DNA of 64,000 nucleotides. Source: Treponemataceae bacterium (lineage in GTDB: Bacteria > Spirochaetota > Spirochaetia > Treponematales > Treponemataceae). Shown in pieces: positions 34,713 to 43,616 of the stretch (position 1 is its first letter; each line of letters opens with the position of its first letter). The notes under the pieces were generated by a model. It had not been told where the DNA came from. It did not search any database and saw only the letters and a list, made by a program, of their open reading frames with translations. The DNA lies in NCBI GenBank assembly GCA_035352735.1, contig DAOPYF010000001.1, forward strand, positions 8,385 through 72,384. Reading direction: 5' to 3'. Made by a program: the position numbers and the translations under genes.

Positions 34713-35565
34713 CATCTACTGGTTTTTTAAAGGAGTAAAGGTATACGCGCTCGTCGGCGAAAGCGGCACGGGAAAGAGCTTTCGCGCAAAACTCCTCGCG
34801 CAAAAATACGGCATTGAGCTCATCATCGACGACGGACTCCTGATCAGGGACGACAAGATCGTCGCCGGGCATTCCGCGAAGCGCGAGGCAACCTTCCTCG
34901 CCGCCGTCCGGGTCGCCCTCTTCGACGAAAAGGTCCATCGCGACACGATCGCGCGCGCGCTCCAAAACCAGATTTTCAAGAAGGTACTCATCCTCGGGAC
35001 GTCGGAGAAGATGGTAAACAAGATCGCCGTCAGGCTCCAGCTGCCTCAACCCCAGAAAATCATCCACATCGAGGAGATCGCCACCAAGGAAGAGATCGAG
35101 AAGGCCATTCGCTCGCGGCGCGTCGAGGGAAAGCACGTCATTCCGGTACCCTCGATCGAGGTTCAGCGAAACTACCCGCAGATATTCTACGATCGCGTCA
35201 GGGTGCTCCTCAAGCGAAAGCAGAATCCCCTCTCCGTCCTCAACCAGTCTAAGGTGTACGAAAAGTCGGTCGTGCGCCCTGAGTTCTCGAAAACTGGCCG
35301 CGTGACGATATCGGAGGCGGCCTTGAGCCAAATGGTCATCCATTGCGTCGGGGAATACGATGACCAGATCCGTATAAAAAAGCTCACGATCAAGACCGAC
35401 GCCTCGGGATACCGGCTCGTCATCGTCATCGACGTGCCCTTCGGGACGCAGCTTACCGGGAAGATCCACATGATGCAGGAATACATCGTCGAGAACATCG
35501 AGCGGTTTACCGGAATCCTCATTGAGGACGTTCATATAATAATCGATAAGATTACCAAGAATTAG
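34696..35565 (+). CDS. P-loop NTPase fused to an Asp23/Gls24-like C-terminal domain
   Basis: ALVGESGTGKS, IIDDGLLI; C-terminal GRVTISEAAL...QEYIVENIERFTGI..VHIII. Confidence 0.7.
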   Translation: MMSISDIYWFFKGVKVYALVGESGTGKSFRAKLLAQKYGIELIIDDGLLIRDDKIVAGHSAKREATFLAAVRVALFDEKVHRDTIARALQNQIFKKVLILGTSEKMVNKIAVRLQLPQPQKIIHIEEIATKEEIEKAIRSRRVEGKHVIPVPSIEVQRNYPQIFYDRVRVLLKRKQNPLSVLNQSKVYEKSVVRPEFSKTGRVTISEAALSQMVIHCVGEYDDQIRIKKLTIKTDASGYRLVIVIDVPFGTQLTGKIHMMQEYIVENIERFTGILIEDVHIIIDKITKN

Positions 35566-35576
35566 GAGTACCGATA

Positions 35577-36791
35577 ATGAATAGAAAAGCGCTTACCATC
35601 GCCTTCGTCGCCGCCTTTGCCGTTCTCTCCCTCGGCGCGGAAACGACGACGACGCTGCCTCAGCAAAACATTGGGCATTACGATATCACGGTCCCCGAGG
35701 GGTTCACCGGCCAAGACGCCCTCGCCGCGGGGCTTAACGGGCTTTGGTCTTCGTTTAACGCGGTATTCGGTTTCGATCCCGATACCTCAAAGCACCGCCT
35801 CAAGGTCACGGTCCTTCCTGATCGTGCGGCTTTCGACGCGTACGTCAAGGAGCGTATCGGGGAGACGAGGAATCAGTACATATTCCTGAAGTATCCCCGC
35901 GCGGAGCTTTCCGAGCTGGTGCTCTTTCCCACCGGTACCGGCACGGGCTTCGACGCGTTTTCGGGCCCCGCCCTGAACCGCCAGCTTTTTTTGCAGTATC
36001 TCTATTGCTATGTTCAGGAACCACCCCTTTGGGTGCGGGATGGCTTTCAGGCGTATTTCGAGAAGGCAGTCTGGGATCCGGCTACCAAGCAGGTCTCGAT
36101 CGCCGGGTATTCCCCGTGGCTCGAGGCGGCGAAGAACCTCCACGTGGACGGCGCGCGAAGCATCGGGTGCGAGGGACTCCTTTCCGCCGTCACCGGGAGC
36201 CACGATTCGGCGGCCTTTTATCCCCAGGCGTGGTCATTCGCGACCTTTCTCCTTTCAAGCGAAAAGGCCGAGTATCAGCGTTTTCTCCATGAGGCCTTCA
36301 TGATCCTCGAGGGAACCGAGGGCTATAACGCGAAGACGCAGCGGGAGAATACCGATGCCGTGCGCGCTCGCTTTGCCCGGTTTAACGACGGCGCTCGCGC
36401 CGACTCGGACCTTGCCGTCTGGCTCGACGGGCAGCATACCTTCAATGAACTCGTGCAGGCGGGCGTTTCGGGCTATAACGGGGGAAAGTACCCAGACGCG
36501 AAGAAGGCGCTTCTTTCGGCTTCGACGATTCGTCCGGCCGACCCGATCGTCTCGTATTATTTGGGGCTCGTCGCATACTCGGAAAAAGACTATCAGCAGG
36601 CGGAGAAATGGTATAAGAAGGCGCTCTCTGACGGCGCGGACGTTTCAACGGCGAATTGGGCGCTCGGGCTTAACGCGTACGCGGATAAACGATTCAAGGA
36701 TGCGCGCGGCTTTATCGAGGCCGCGAAAGCGGCAAATCCCGCGCGGTACGGCGAAAAGGCCGACGCCTTGCTTAATTCGATGCCGAGGTAG
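35577..36791 (+). CDS. Exported TPR protein with a degenerate peptidase-MA-like domain
   Basis: Signal peptide; PLWVRDGFQAYFE and FYPQAWSF motifs; C-terminal TPRs (YYLGLVAY, WALGLNAY); AGGAG RBS. Confidence 0.7.
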   Translation: MNRKALTIAFVAAFAVLSLGAETTTTLPQQNIGHYDITVPEGFTGQDALAAGLNGLWSSFNAVFGFDPDTSKHRLKVTVLPDRAAFDAYVKERIGETRNQYIFLKYPRAELSELVLFPTGTGTGFDAFSGPALNRQLFLQYLYCYVQEPPLWVRDGFQAYFEKAVWDPATKQVSIAGYSPWLEAAKNLHVDGARSIGCEGLLSAVTGSHDSAAFYPQAWSFATFLLSSEKAEYQRFLHEAFMILEGTEGYNAKTQRENTDAVRARFARFNDGARADSDLAVWLDGQHTFNELVQAGVSGYNGGKYPDAKKALLSASTIRPADPIVSYYLGLVAYSEKDYQQAEKWYKKALSDGADVSTANWALGLNAYADKRFKDARGFIEAAKAANPARYGEKADALLNSMPR

Positions 36792-37998
36792 CGTTCGGGG
36801 AAGATCTCCTTCTCCGGCGCCTTCGCGGCGCGCGCGTGCCTTCGGGTTTTCCCGTGTCGCGCGCCTCGTCGGGGAATTCGGCCGTTTCGTCTCGTTTGCG
36901 GTCGCGATCGGGATTTCCCGGGAATCGCTCGCGAACGCGCGGCATGCGGACGTTGAATCCAAGTTCCTTAAGGCCAAAGCGAACGGCGAACTCGAGCTCG
37001 ACGCGCGGCGGGTTCATCGGCATGACGAACCTCCGGCATTCCGCGTACACGCGGCCATAGACCTCCGAGGGCGGGATCTTCTCCTTCACGATAACTTTTA
37101 TGAGGCTTTCGATGAAAAAAACGAGCTTGCGCCCGAGCCGCGTCTCCTCGCCCGAGGCGACGAGCTCGTCGAGTTTTCCGAGGCTTTCCTCGTAGTCCTT
37201 GGCGAACGCGGGGTTCCCGTCGATGAGGCTCGCGGCGGCGGGTTGAAGGTACATATAGAGATCGTAGCGGAGCGCTTCGTGGACGATCGGTCGCGCGCGG
37301 CCGCTGTTGAGTATTTTTATAATTTCCTCGGTAAGCCGCGAGGGGGAAACCGGCTCAAGAAGGTTCGAAGATTTTCTGATCGCTCGCCCGAGCATAAACG
37401 GTATCTTGCAACCGGTCGAGACGGAATACTTTACGGCCCGGAGCATGCGGACCGGATCGTCCTTAAAAATCACCTTAAGCGGGATAACCGGAACGAGCCG
37501 ATGCGCGCGGACGTCCTTGACGCCGCCGACGTAATCGATGACCTGTTCCTTAATGGGATCGTAATATAAGGCATTCAGGGTAAAGTCGCGCCGCTGTACG
37601 TCCTCGTCCATAGTGCCGAAGCTGTTTCCCGTCGTTCCCTCGACGAGGGAACGAAAGGTCGATACCTCGAATATCTTGTCGCCGAAGAATATGTGGACGA
37701 GGCGAAACCGCTTGCCGATGATGCGGGAGTTCCGGAAGATGCGCTTGATGCGCGCGGGCTCCGCGTTCGTGACGATATCGAAATCCTTGGGCGTCTTGCC
37801 GATAAGCATGTCGCGCACGGCGCCGCCGACGATATAGCCTTCATAACCATAGTTACGCAGATGGAGTATGATCCTGACCGCCTCGGGGTCGAGTAAGTCT
37901 TTCTGGATACCGTGTTCTTTTTTTGTATAGATAAGCGCTTTTTGGACGGCCTTGCCTTTGGCGTCCGAACTGTATCGGGTTAACATCTGTTCTTCCAT
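36772..37998 (-). CDS. pcnB: Poly(A) polymerase I
   Basis: VGGAVRD...PKDFD, PAP-specific IIGKRFRLVHI, RRDFTLNAL, DDPVRMLRA; may start at ATG 37986. Confidence 0.9.
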   Translation of the reverse strand: MEEQMLTRYSSDAKGKAVQKALIYTKKEHGIQKDLLDPEAVRIILHLRNYGYEGYIVGGAVRDMLIGKTPKDFDIVTNAEPARIKRIFRNSRIIGKRFRLVHIFFGDKIFEVSTFRSLVEGTTGNSFGTMDEDVQRRDFTLNALYYDPIKEQVIDYVGGVKDVRAHRLVPVIPLKVIFKDDPVRMLRAVKYSVSTGCKIPFMLGRAIRKSSNLLEPVSPSRLTEEIIKILNSGRARPIVHEALRYDLYMYLQPAAASLIDGNPAFAKDYEESLGKLDELVASGEETRLGRKLVFFIESLIKVIVKEKIPPSEVYGRVYAECRRFVMPMNPPRVELEFAVRFGLKELGFNVRMPRVRERFPGNPDRDRKRDETAEFPDEARDTGKPEGTRAPRRRRRRRSSPNATSASN

Positions 37999-38029
37999 TC
38001 TCTACGGAATGCGGCCGCATGTCAACGGC

Positions 38030-38049
38030 GGCTTGTCGAAAGGCAAGCC
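38030..38049. terminator. Hairpin just downstream of the hydrolase stop
   Basis: GGCTTGTC-GAAA-GGCAAGCC. Confidence 0.4.
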
Positions 38050-38051
38050 TT

Positions 38052-38999
38052 TCAAGCTTGTCCCATTTGCGCCTCGCGAAGGGTTTGACCCATCCATTCG
38101 GTGATATCCGCGGTCACTTCGTCGCGATTGACGTCGTTGAGGAGCTCATGGCGGGCTTTTCGGTAGGTTTTTACGGTTACCCGAGCCATACCGTTAGCGC
38201 GATAGCGCCTTTCGAGCGCGCGAACCGTTTTGCCGTAGGAACCGATCGGGTCGTCCTCGCCTACCAGCATAAGAACCGGGAGAGAGCGCGGAATCCCTGC
38301 GAGGGCGCGTTTTCGGTGGATTTGGGACAAACCGTCCATGAGGTCGCGATAGAATCCCGCCGAACAGGGAAAACCTGACCATGGGGACGCATCGTACTTT
38401 TCGACCTCGCGGGCGTCGCGCGAAAGCCAGGCATTGGGGCTCTGCGCGTCGGGGATTCTTTTATTGCAGCCGCCAAAGGACAATTGCGTGAGGAAGTGCG
38501 AGGGCTTTCGCCGATTTGAAAAAAGACAAATCGCGTGCGCGAGGAACCTGCCCGAACAGACGGTGATGGGATCGGGCCCCCGGGTGCCTGAAAGGATTGC
38601 GCCTGAGATCTCAGTCCCGTACCGCTCGATAAAGCCCTGTCCGACGAATGACCCGAACGAATGGCTAAAAAGGACAATTGGCCTCCCGGGAATGCGTGCT
38701 TGTATCGCGCGTGAGATTTCCCGCTGGTCTTCCACGACACGGTCAAAGCCGTTTCGGTCGGCAAGATAGCCCAATTTATCGAGCGATCCGGCGGTGAGCC
38801 CGTGTCCGCGGTGGTCCGCGGCGAATACCGCATACCCCGAGGCGACGGCGGCCTCGGCAAAGCGCTCATAGCGCATCGCGTATTCGGCCATGCCGTGGCA
38901 AATCTGAAGGACGGCCGTCGGGGTCGAGCTTGGTAGCCAGGCGTGCACGGCAACGCGTTCTCCATCGTTCATTTCGAGGTAAAAGGTTTCAGCGCTCAT
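38052..38999 (-). CDS. Alpha/beta hydrolase (lysophospholipase/monoacylglycerol lipase, Hydrolase_4)
   Basis: HGMAEY..RY, DHRGHG, SHSFG nucleophile, GEDDP, RHELLN. Confidence 0.88.
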   Translation of the reverse strand: MSAETFYLEMNDGERVAVHAWLPSSTPTAVLQICHGMAEYAMRYERFAEAAVASGYAVFAADHRGHGLTAGSLDKLGYLADRNGFDRVVEDQREISRAIQARIPGRPIVLFSHSFGSFVGQGFIERYGTEISGAILSGTRGPDPITVCSGRFLAHAICLFSNRRKPSHFLTQLSFGGCNKRIPDAQSPNAWLSRDAREVEKYDASPWSGFPCSAGFYRDLMDGLSQIHRKRALAGIPRSLPVLMLVGEDDPIGSYGKTVRALERRYRANGMARVTVKTYRKARHELLNDVNRDEVTADITEWMGQTLREAQMGQA

Positions 39000-39035
39000 A
39001 AACTTTTCGCTCCCGTTATGCTATACTCGTTTTTC

Positions 39036-40187
39036 ATGACGATTATAGCAGAAAAGATGGTTGCCGGGGGAACCGCCTTGGGTCGCATCGACGGAAAGAC
39101 CTATTTCATCCAAGGCGCGCTTCCCGGGGAAACCCTCGATATAGAAATCACCGAGAATCGCAAGGACTACGCCTTCGCGCGCGTCGTTTCGGTGAAAGAG
39201 GCAAACGAACGTCGAGTCACCCCGCCCTGCCCGCTTTTTGGCCGTTGCGGCGGCTGCTCGCTCCAGATGGCCGATCCCGCCTATCAAGTCGAGCTCAGAA
39301 AAGCGATCCTCGCCGACGTCCTTTCGCGGGCTCACGTTCAGCCGGAAAGCGACATCAGGGTCGAGTCGGGATCGCCTTGGGAATATCGCTCGCGCTTTCA
39401 GTTCCATCGCACCCGGGACGGCGGGATCGGGCTTCGGGAAGGCGCGTCGGAGACGGTCATTCCCATTCATGACTGCCCGGTCGCCACCCCAATTATACGA
39501 AAGGCCATCGCGGACGGTTCGATCGCGCGCGCGGCGCGCGGACGGAACACGGGCGATCGATTTCACGTATTCGGGTACGGGGAAGACCTTTGGCAGGAAG
39601 ACGGCGACGAAGCGTGCGCGGTCTCGGTCGCGGGAAAAAAGATCGGGTTCGACGTTCGCGGCTTTTTCCAATCGAACGTGCCGATGCTCGAGCGGCTTCT
39701 TTCCGCGGTCAGCGATGTACCCATCACCTCGGGCAATCCATCGCGTTTCTCGGGAAAACGGCTTTTGGATTTTTACTCGGGCGTGGGTACCTTTTCGGCT
39801 ACGGTCGCCGATGGCTTTGACGAGGTCGTGCTCGTAGAGCACAATCGCGAAGCCCTCGCCACCGCGCAAGCAAACCTTTCAAGCCGAAAATCCTCCGCGC
39901 GCTTTCTCGCGATCAGCGACGAGCGGTGGCCTGAGGCGGCCGAGTCGAGGCTCCCCTACGATTGCGTCATCGTCGACCCGCCGCGTCTTGGCATGAACAA
40001 GAAAACGGTTGACTGGCTCATAGACTCAAGCGCGTCGGATATCAGGTCGGTGTCCTGCGATCCGGTAACCTTCGCCCGCGACGCCGCGCGGCTCGTCGCA
40101 GGGGGATTCAGGCTTCGCGCGGTAACGCTCTTCGACTTTTACCCGCAGACGCATCACCTCGAGACGCTCGCGTTCTTCTCGCGATGA
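39036..40187 (+). CDS. TrmA/RlmD family RNA (uracil-5)-methyltransferase with TRAM domain
   Basis: ALPGE, CPLFGRCGGC, FFQSN, DFYSGVG, VDPPR, SCDPVTFARD, DFYPQTHHLE. Confidence 0.9.
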   Translation: MTIIAEKMVAGGTALGRIDGKTYFIQGALPGETLDIEITENRKDYAFARVVSVKEANERRVTPPCPLFGRCGGCSLQMADPAYQVELRKAILADVLSRAHVQPESDIRVESGSPWEYRSRFQFHRTRDGGIGLREGASETVIPIHDCPVATPIIRKAIADGSIARAARGRNTGDRFHVFGYGEDLWQEDGDEACAVSVAGKKIGFDVRGFFQSNVPMLERLLSAVSDVPITSGNPSRFSGKRLLDFYSGVGTFSATVADGFDEVVLVEHNREALATAQANLSSRKSSARFLAISDERWPEAAESRLPYDCVIVDPPRLGMNKKTVDWLIDSSASDIRSVSCDPVTFARDAARLVAGGFRLRAVTLFDFYPQTHHLETLAFFSR

Positions 40188-41860
40188 GCCTTTCTCATTC
40201 GGTGTGTATGCCGCGCCTCGCCGCTATCGCGCTCTTTCTCCTCGTAACCTCGCATTGCCTCACGGCCGCGGAGCCCGAGTGGTCGCGCGTGCTCGCGGGC
40301 GAGGTCGTCGCGGGGCCTCTTTCCCGCAATGACCGCGTCTACCTTTCGGGGACGGATCGAACCGTCACCTGCCTGTCGGAAAAAGGCGCGTTCCTTTGGA
40401 GTAAGCCAATACCGGGTAAGGTAACGCCTTTCTTGAGCGTCTTGCGTTCGGGCATGGTCCTCGCGGTTTCGGGAAACGGCACCGTGTCTGCCCTGAGCAT
40501 GGACGGGCTTTCCCTCTGGCAGCTTAAAACTCGCGACCTCCCGATCGCGGCGCCCTATGAAGGGCGCGACGGACGCATCTTCCTCGTCTACGCGAATCGC
40601 ATCGTGTGCGTATCCCCGACGGCGACGGTGAAATGGACCTTGCCCCTTTCGCGTTCGCCCCGCGCGCTCCTTGGCGAGACGGGAACGGGTGATCTTCTCG
40701 TTGCCATAGAAAATACGAACTTGCTTCGCGTCTCGCCCTTTGGCCAAGCGCTCGAGTTCATCGAGCTCCGCGACTCGCCGACGGCGATCATCCCCGTCGA
40801 TTTTGGTTTTGTCTGCGGTTTCTCATCCGGTGCCCTCAGGGGATACGACGTGCGCGATTCGAGGATTCAGGAAAAGCGAAGCGCCACGGAACCGGTTTGG
40901 GAACGGTCAATGGGCTCATCCGTCGTCGCGCTTTCCGCGGAAGCGGGAACCTTGTGCGCGCTCTCGTCGTCCGGAGGGCTTTGCGCGCTCAACGTCACCG
41001 ACGGCGCGCCGCTTTGGGCCGCAGAGACGAGCCATCGGGTTCAGGGACGCGGGACGATCGATTTCGAGTATGGGCAGTTCAACGTCATCTATCGCGGATA
41101 TGCCTGCGCGCGGACGGCTCTGGGCCGCGCGGTATACGAGCTCGAACTTCCCGAAGGATCGTCAGATCCTTCGTTATCCGACGACGGATATGCCTTCACG
41201 ATGGGCGAAAGCGCGGCGACCTTGCAGGCCTATCGGGCGGAGGCGCGGATACGCTCAGAAAAAAAGGCGCACAAAGGCGAAAACTACGGTATACTAATGG
41301 GGAGTTCGGCGGAGTACGGCACTCCCCTCGCGCAGGATCGTTCGCTCGTCGCCGGTTTTCTCGCGCAGGTCTCCCGGGATATCTTGAACGAAACGGTCGG
41401 ACCCGACGAGGTCTCGTACGCCCGTCGCCTCGCCGAGATCGTGCGGAACGATACGAGCCCTTCCGGTGGCTCGCGCGATTTTGATCCCACCGAGCGCGCT
41501 CAGGCGGCAAGCCTTCTTGGCAGACTCGGATCGGCCGAATATCGAGAGGTCATTTTCGACGCGGCGCGCGACGAGCGTGACGCGACCGTGCTCGTCGGCG
41601 TCCTCTATGGAATATCGGCGCTCGGACCCGACGCTGACGGGGCGGCGCTCGATGCCGTCGCGACCATTGACAATGCGTGCGGGATCGCCGCCTCGCCGGT
41701 TATCAGAGCGTCGTGCGACGCTCTGTACGCGATCGTGCGGTATTCGGGAGGCGATGTCGCGCTCAAAGGGTCCTTGATGCTTACGCACTTCGCCCAAAGC
41801 CCCTACGGGAACCTTGACCGCGAATACGCCCGCAGAATATTGGAAAAGATATTGCAATAA
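40184..41860 (+). CDS. Exported PQQ-like beta-propeller protein with C-terminal HEAT repeats
   Basis: Signal peptide; repeated xGxxxW blade ends (GAFLW, GLSLW, DGAPLW); ERAQAASLLGRLG HEAT-like helices. Confidence 0.65.
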   Translation: MSLSHSVCMPRLAAIALFLLVTSHCLTAAEPEWSRVLAGEVVAGPLSRNDRVYLSGTDRTVTCLSEKGAFLWSKPIPGKVTPFLSVLRSGMVLAVSGNGTVSALSMDGLSLWQLKTRDLPIAAPYEGRDGRIFLVYANRIVCVSPTATVKWTLPLSRSPRALLGETGTGDLLVAIENTNLLRVSPFGQALEFIELRDSPTAIIPVDFGFVCGFSSGALRGYDVRDSRIQEKRSATEPVWERSMGSSVVALSAEAGTLCALSSSGGLCALNVTDGAPLWAAETSHRVQGRGTIDFEYGQFNVIYRGYACARTALGRAVYELELPEGSSDPSLSDDGYAFTMGESAATLQAYRAEARIRSEKKAHKGENYGILMGSSAEYGTPLAQDRSLVAGFLAQVSRDILNETVGPDEVSYARRLAEIVRNDTSPSGGSRDFDPTERAQAASLLGRLGSAEYREVIFDAARDERDATVLVGVLYGISALGPDADGAALDAVATIDNACGIAASPVIRASCDALYAIVRYSGGDVALKGSLMLTHFAQSPYGNLDREYARRILEKILQ

Positions 41861-41878
41861 TGCTTTTGGAGGGTATTG

Positions 41879-43501
41879 ATGAAAAGGCTCTTTGCCACAT
41901 TAGTCGTTTTTGCCGCAGTGGTTTCCGCGTCATTCGCCATCGACGTTGACCGGAAAGAACTCGAGCCTGGCGATGCCGGAAAGGCGATCGAGTTCATCAA
42001 CTATACCGGTCCGCACTCGGTCATCGAAACCGTCGAGCAGATCAAGGGAATCGGCATCGCCCTCGGCGCTCGCGCGGTTAAAGACGGAAGCGCGGGCGAC
42101 CAAGCGCGGTATTACGTCATTCACGCGGTAGACCCCGCGGTAACCGAGGGTTTCGACGCCGATATCCTCATCTTGGGGCCTGGAGTCGGGGTCGACCATA
42201 TCGATAACCTCAGGCGAATCATCGGCGCCTATCTTTCGAGCGCGTACGGCTATTCGGACAAGGACTCAAGCACCCTCGCGACCTTCATCACCGTCTACAA
42301 CGCCGTCTATCGCGGTAAGCTCGATACCTTCAAGGGGCGCTATAAACCCGTAGTCGTGTCGAACCTCTCTGCAGACAAGGTCGGCCTTTCGGTTCGCTAT
42401 GACGAATGGGCCGGTCGCTCGCAGATCGTCATCCCGCTTTCGGATGCGCGACTTTCCGGAACCATAAGCAGCATCGATACGACGGCCATCTCCGGCAAGG
42501 ACGTCGTCGAAAAAATAAAAAAGGACGAGGCGAAGGCGACTGACACGAGGAAGGACATGGCCGACCTCAAGGAACGCGAGGGAGACGCCGCGCAAACCCG
42601 CGCGGAAACCACGCAGAAGGAAGCGACCGAATCCCGCGTGGATTCGACGAAAAAGCAGCAAGAGCTTTCGGTCGCCGTAACCGAGTCCGCGCAGGCGCAA
42701 AAGGCGGCCGAGAGCGCGAAGGCCGAGGCCGCCGCGAAGCCCGGCGACGCCGCGGCTCAGCAGAAGGCCGAGGTCGCGCAAAAGAACGCCGACGAGAAGG
42801 CTGCCGCCGTGACGGAAAAGAAGGCCGCCGCGGATCAGGCCGCGAAGACCGTCGAGCAAAAGGAGTCGACCGCGAAGGCCGACCAGAAGCTCGCGGACAC
42901 GAAGCAGAAAGAGTCGCTTGCGGAGCGGAAGGACATAGCCTCTGACGAGCAAAAGGCCGTCGATAAGAAAGCGTCGGACGCGAAGAAGGCAGCGGCATCG
43001 GCGCTCGAGCAGGCGATGCCTGCGTTCGGCCTTCGCATCGTCGACGACACGACCTTTCTCGCCGAGCTCGTGATCGTGAACCTGAACGACGGAAAGATTC
43101 TGAAGACCTCGCCCCTCAACACGATTCGCGGCCGCGCGCTTTACGATACCGGCTCGGGGCTCATGGCTATCGCGGGAAAAAAAGGCGGGAACGCGGCGAT
43201 CCGGCTCGTTCTTGCCGATCCGAAAAGCCTCGAGATGACCAAGCAGGGTACGGACGCGATCGCAGAGCCGAGCGTTCTCGTGCAGAACGCGAACGACTTT
43301 TACGCGGTGATCGACCTGGGTTCGGGAAAGTACGCCTTGGGCAGGTTCGATAAAAATCTCGAAGCCAAGGCAAAATCCGCGATAGACGTGCTGCCCTGCA
43401 CTGCCGTCACGGTAACCGCGAAGGGCATCCTCGTTCAGGACAAGTCTGGGCAGATCAAGCTCTTGCGCGCGACCGATCTCGTCGACGAGAGCGCTCAGTA
43501 A
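41879..43501 (+). CDS. P83/100 family antigen
   Basis: IDVDRKELE, IEFINYTGP, HIDNLRRII, TVYNAVYRG, Ala/Lys coiled coil; GGAGG RBS. Confidence 0.85.
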   Translation: MKRLFATLVVFAAVVSASFAIDVDRKELEPGDAGKAIEFINYTGPHSVIETVEQIKGIGIALGARAVKDGSAGDQARYYVIHAVDPAVTEGFDADILILGPGVGVDHIDNLRRIIGAYLSSAYGYSDKDSSTLATFITVYNAVYRGKLDTFKGRYKPVVVSNLSADKVGLSVRYDEWAGRSQIVIPLSDARLSGTISSIDTTAISGKDVVEKIKKDEAKATDTRKDMADLKEREGDAAQTRAETTQKEATESRVDSTKKQQELSVAVTESAQAQKAAESAKAEAAAKPGDAAAQQKAEVAQKNADEKAAAVTEKKAAADQAAKTVEQKESTAKADQKLADTKQKESLAERKDIASDEQKAVDKKASDAKKAAASALEQAMPAFGLRIVDDTTFLAELVIVNLNDGKILKTSPLNTIRGRALYDTGSGLMAIAGKKGGNAAIRLVLADPKSLEMTKQGTDAIAEPSVLVQNANDFYAVIDLGSGKYALGRFDKNLEAKAKSAIDVLPCTAVTVTAKGILVQDKSGQIKLLRATDLVDESAQ

Positions 43502-43538
43502 TAATCAAGCGCGATAGCATCCGCTTGTAGGACAAAAG

Positions 43539-43592
43539 AAAGCCCCTCGAGGTTTTCCGCTCGCGCGGAACGATCTCGAGGGGCTTTTTTTT
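43539..43592. terminator. Bidirectional intrinsic terminator
   Basis: AAAGCCCCTCGAG...CTCGAGGGGCTTT followed by a T8 tract, inner TTCCGC/GCGGAA stem; between convergent genes. Confidence 0.9.
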
Positions 43593-43616
43593 AGATACTG
43601 CGGCTTTCTTGAGGTC

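Noticed and set aside
35547-35577. CCGATAA before the TPR gene as a second sigma28 promoter
   Set aside because: No TAAA at the correct spacing; the stretch is an RBS spacer
36355-37569. 404-aa + strand ORF
   Set aside because: Off-frame to the TPR gene and antisense to pcnB; Arg-rich low-information sequence
42560-43010. Repetitive-looking DNA in the P83/100 gene
   Set aside because: Ala/Lys/Glu coiled-coil coding bias, not a tandem repeat or array
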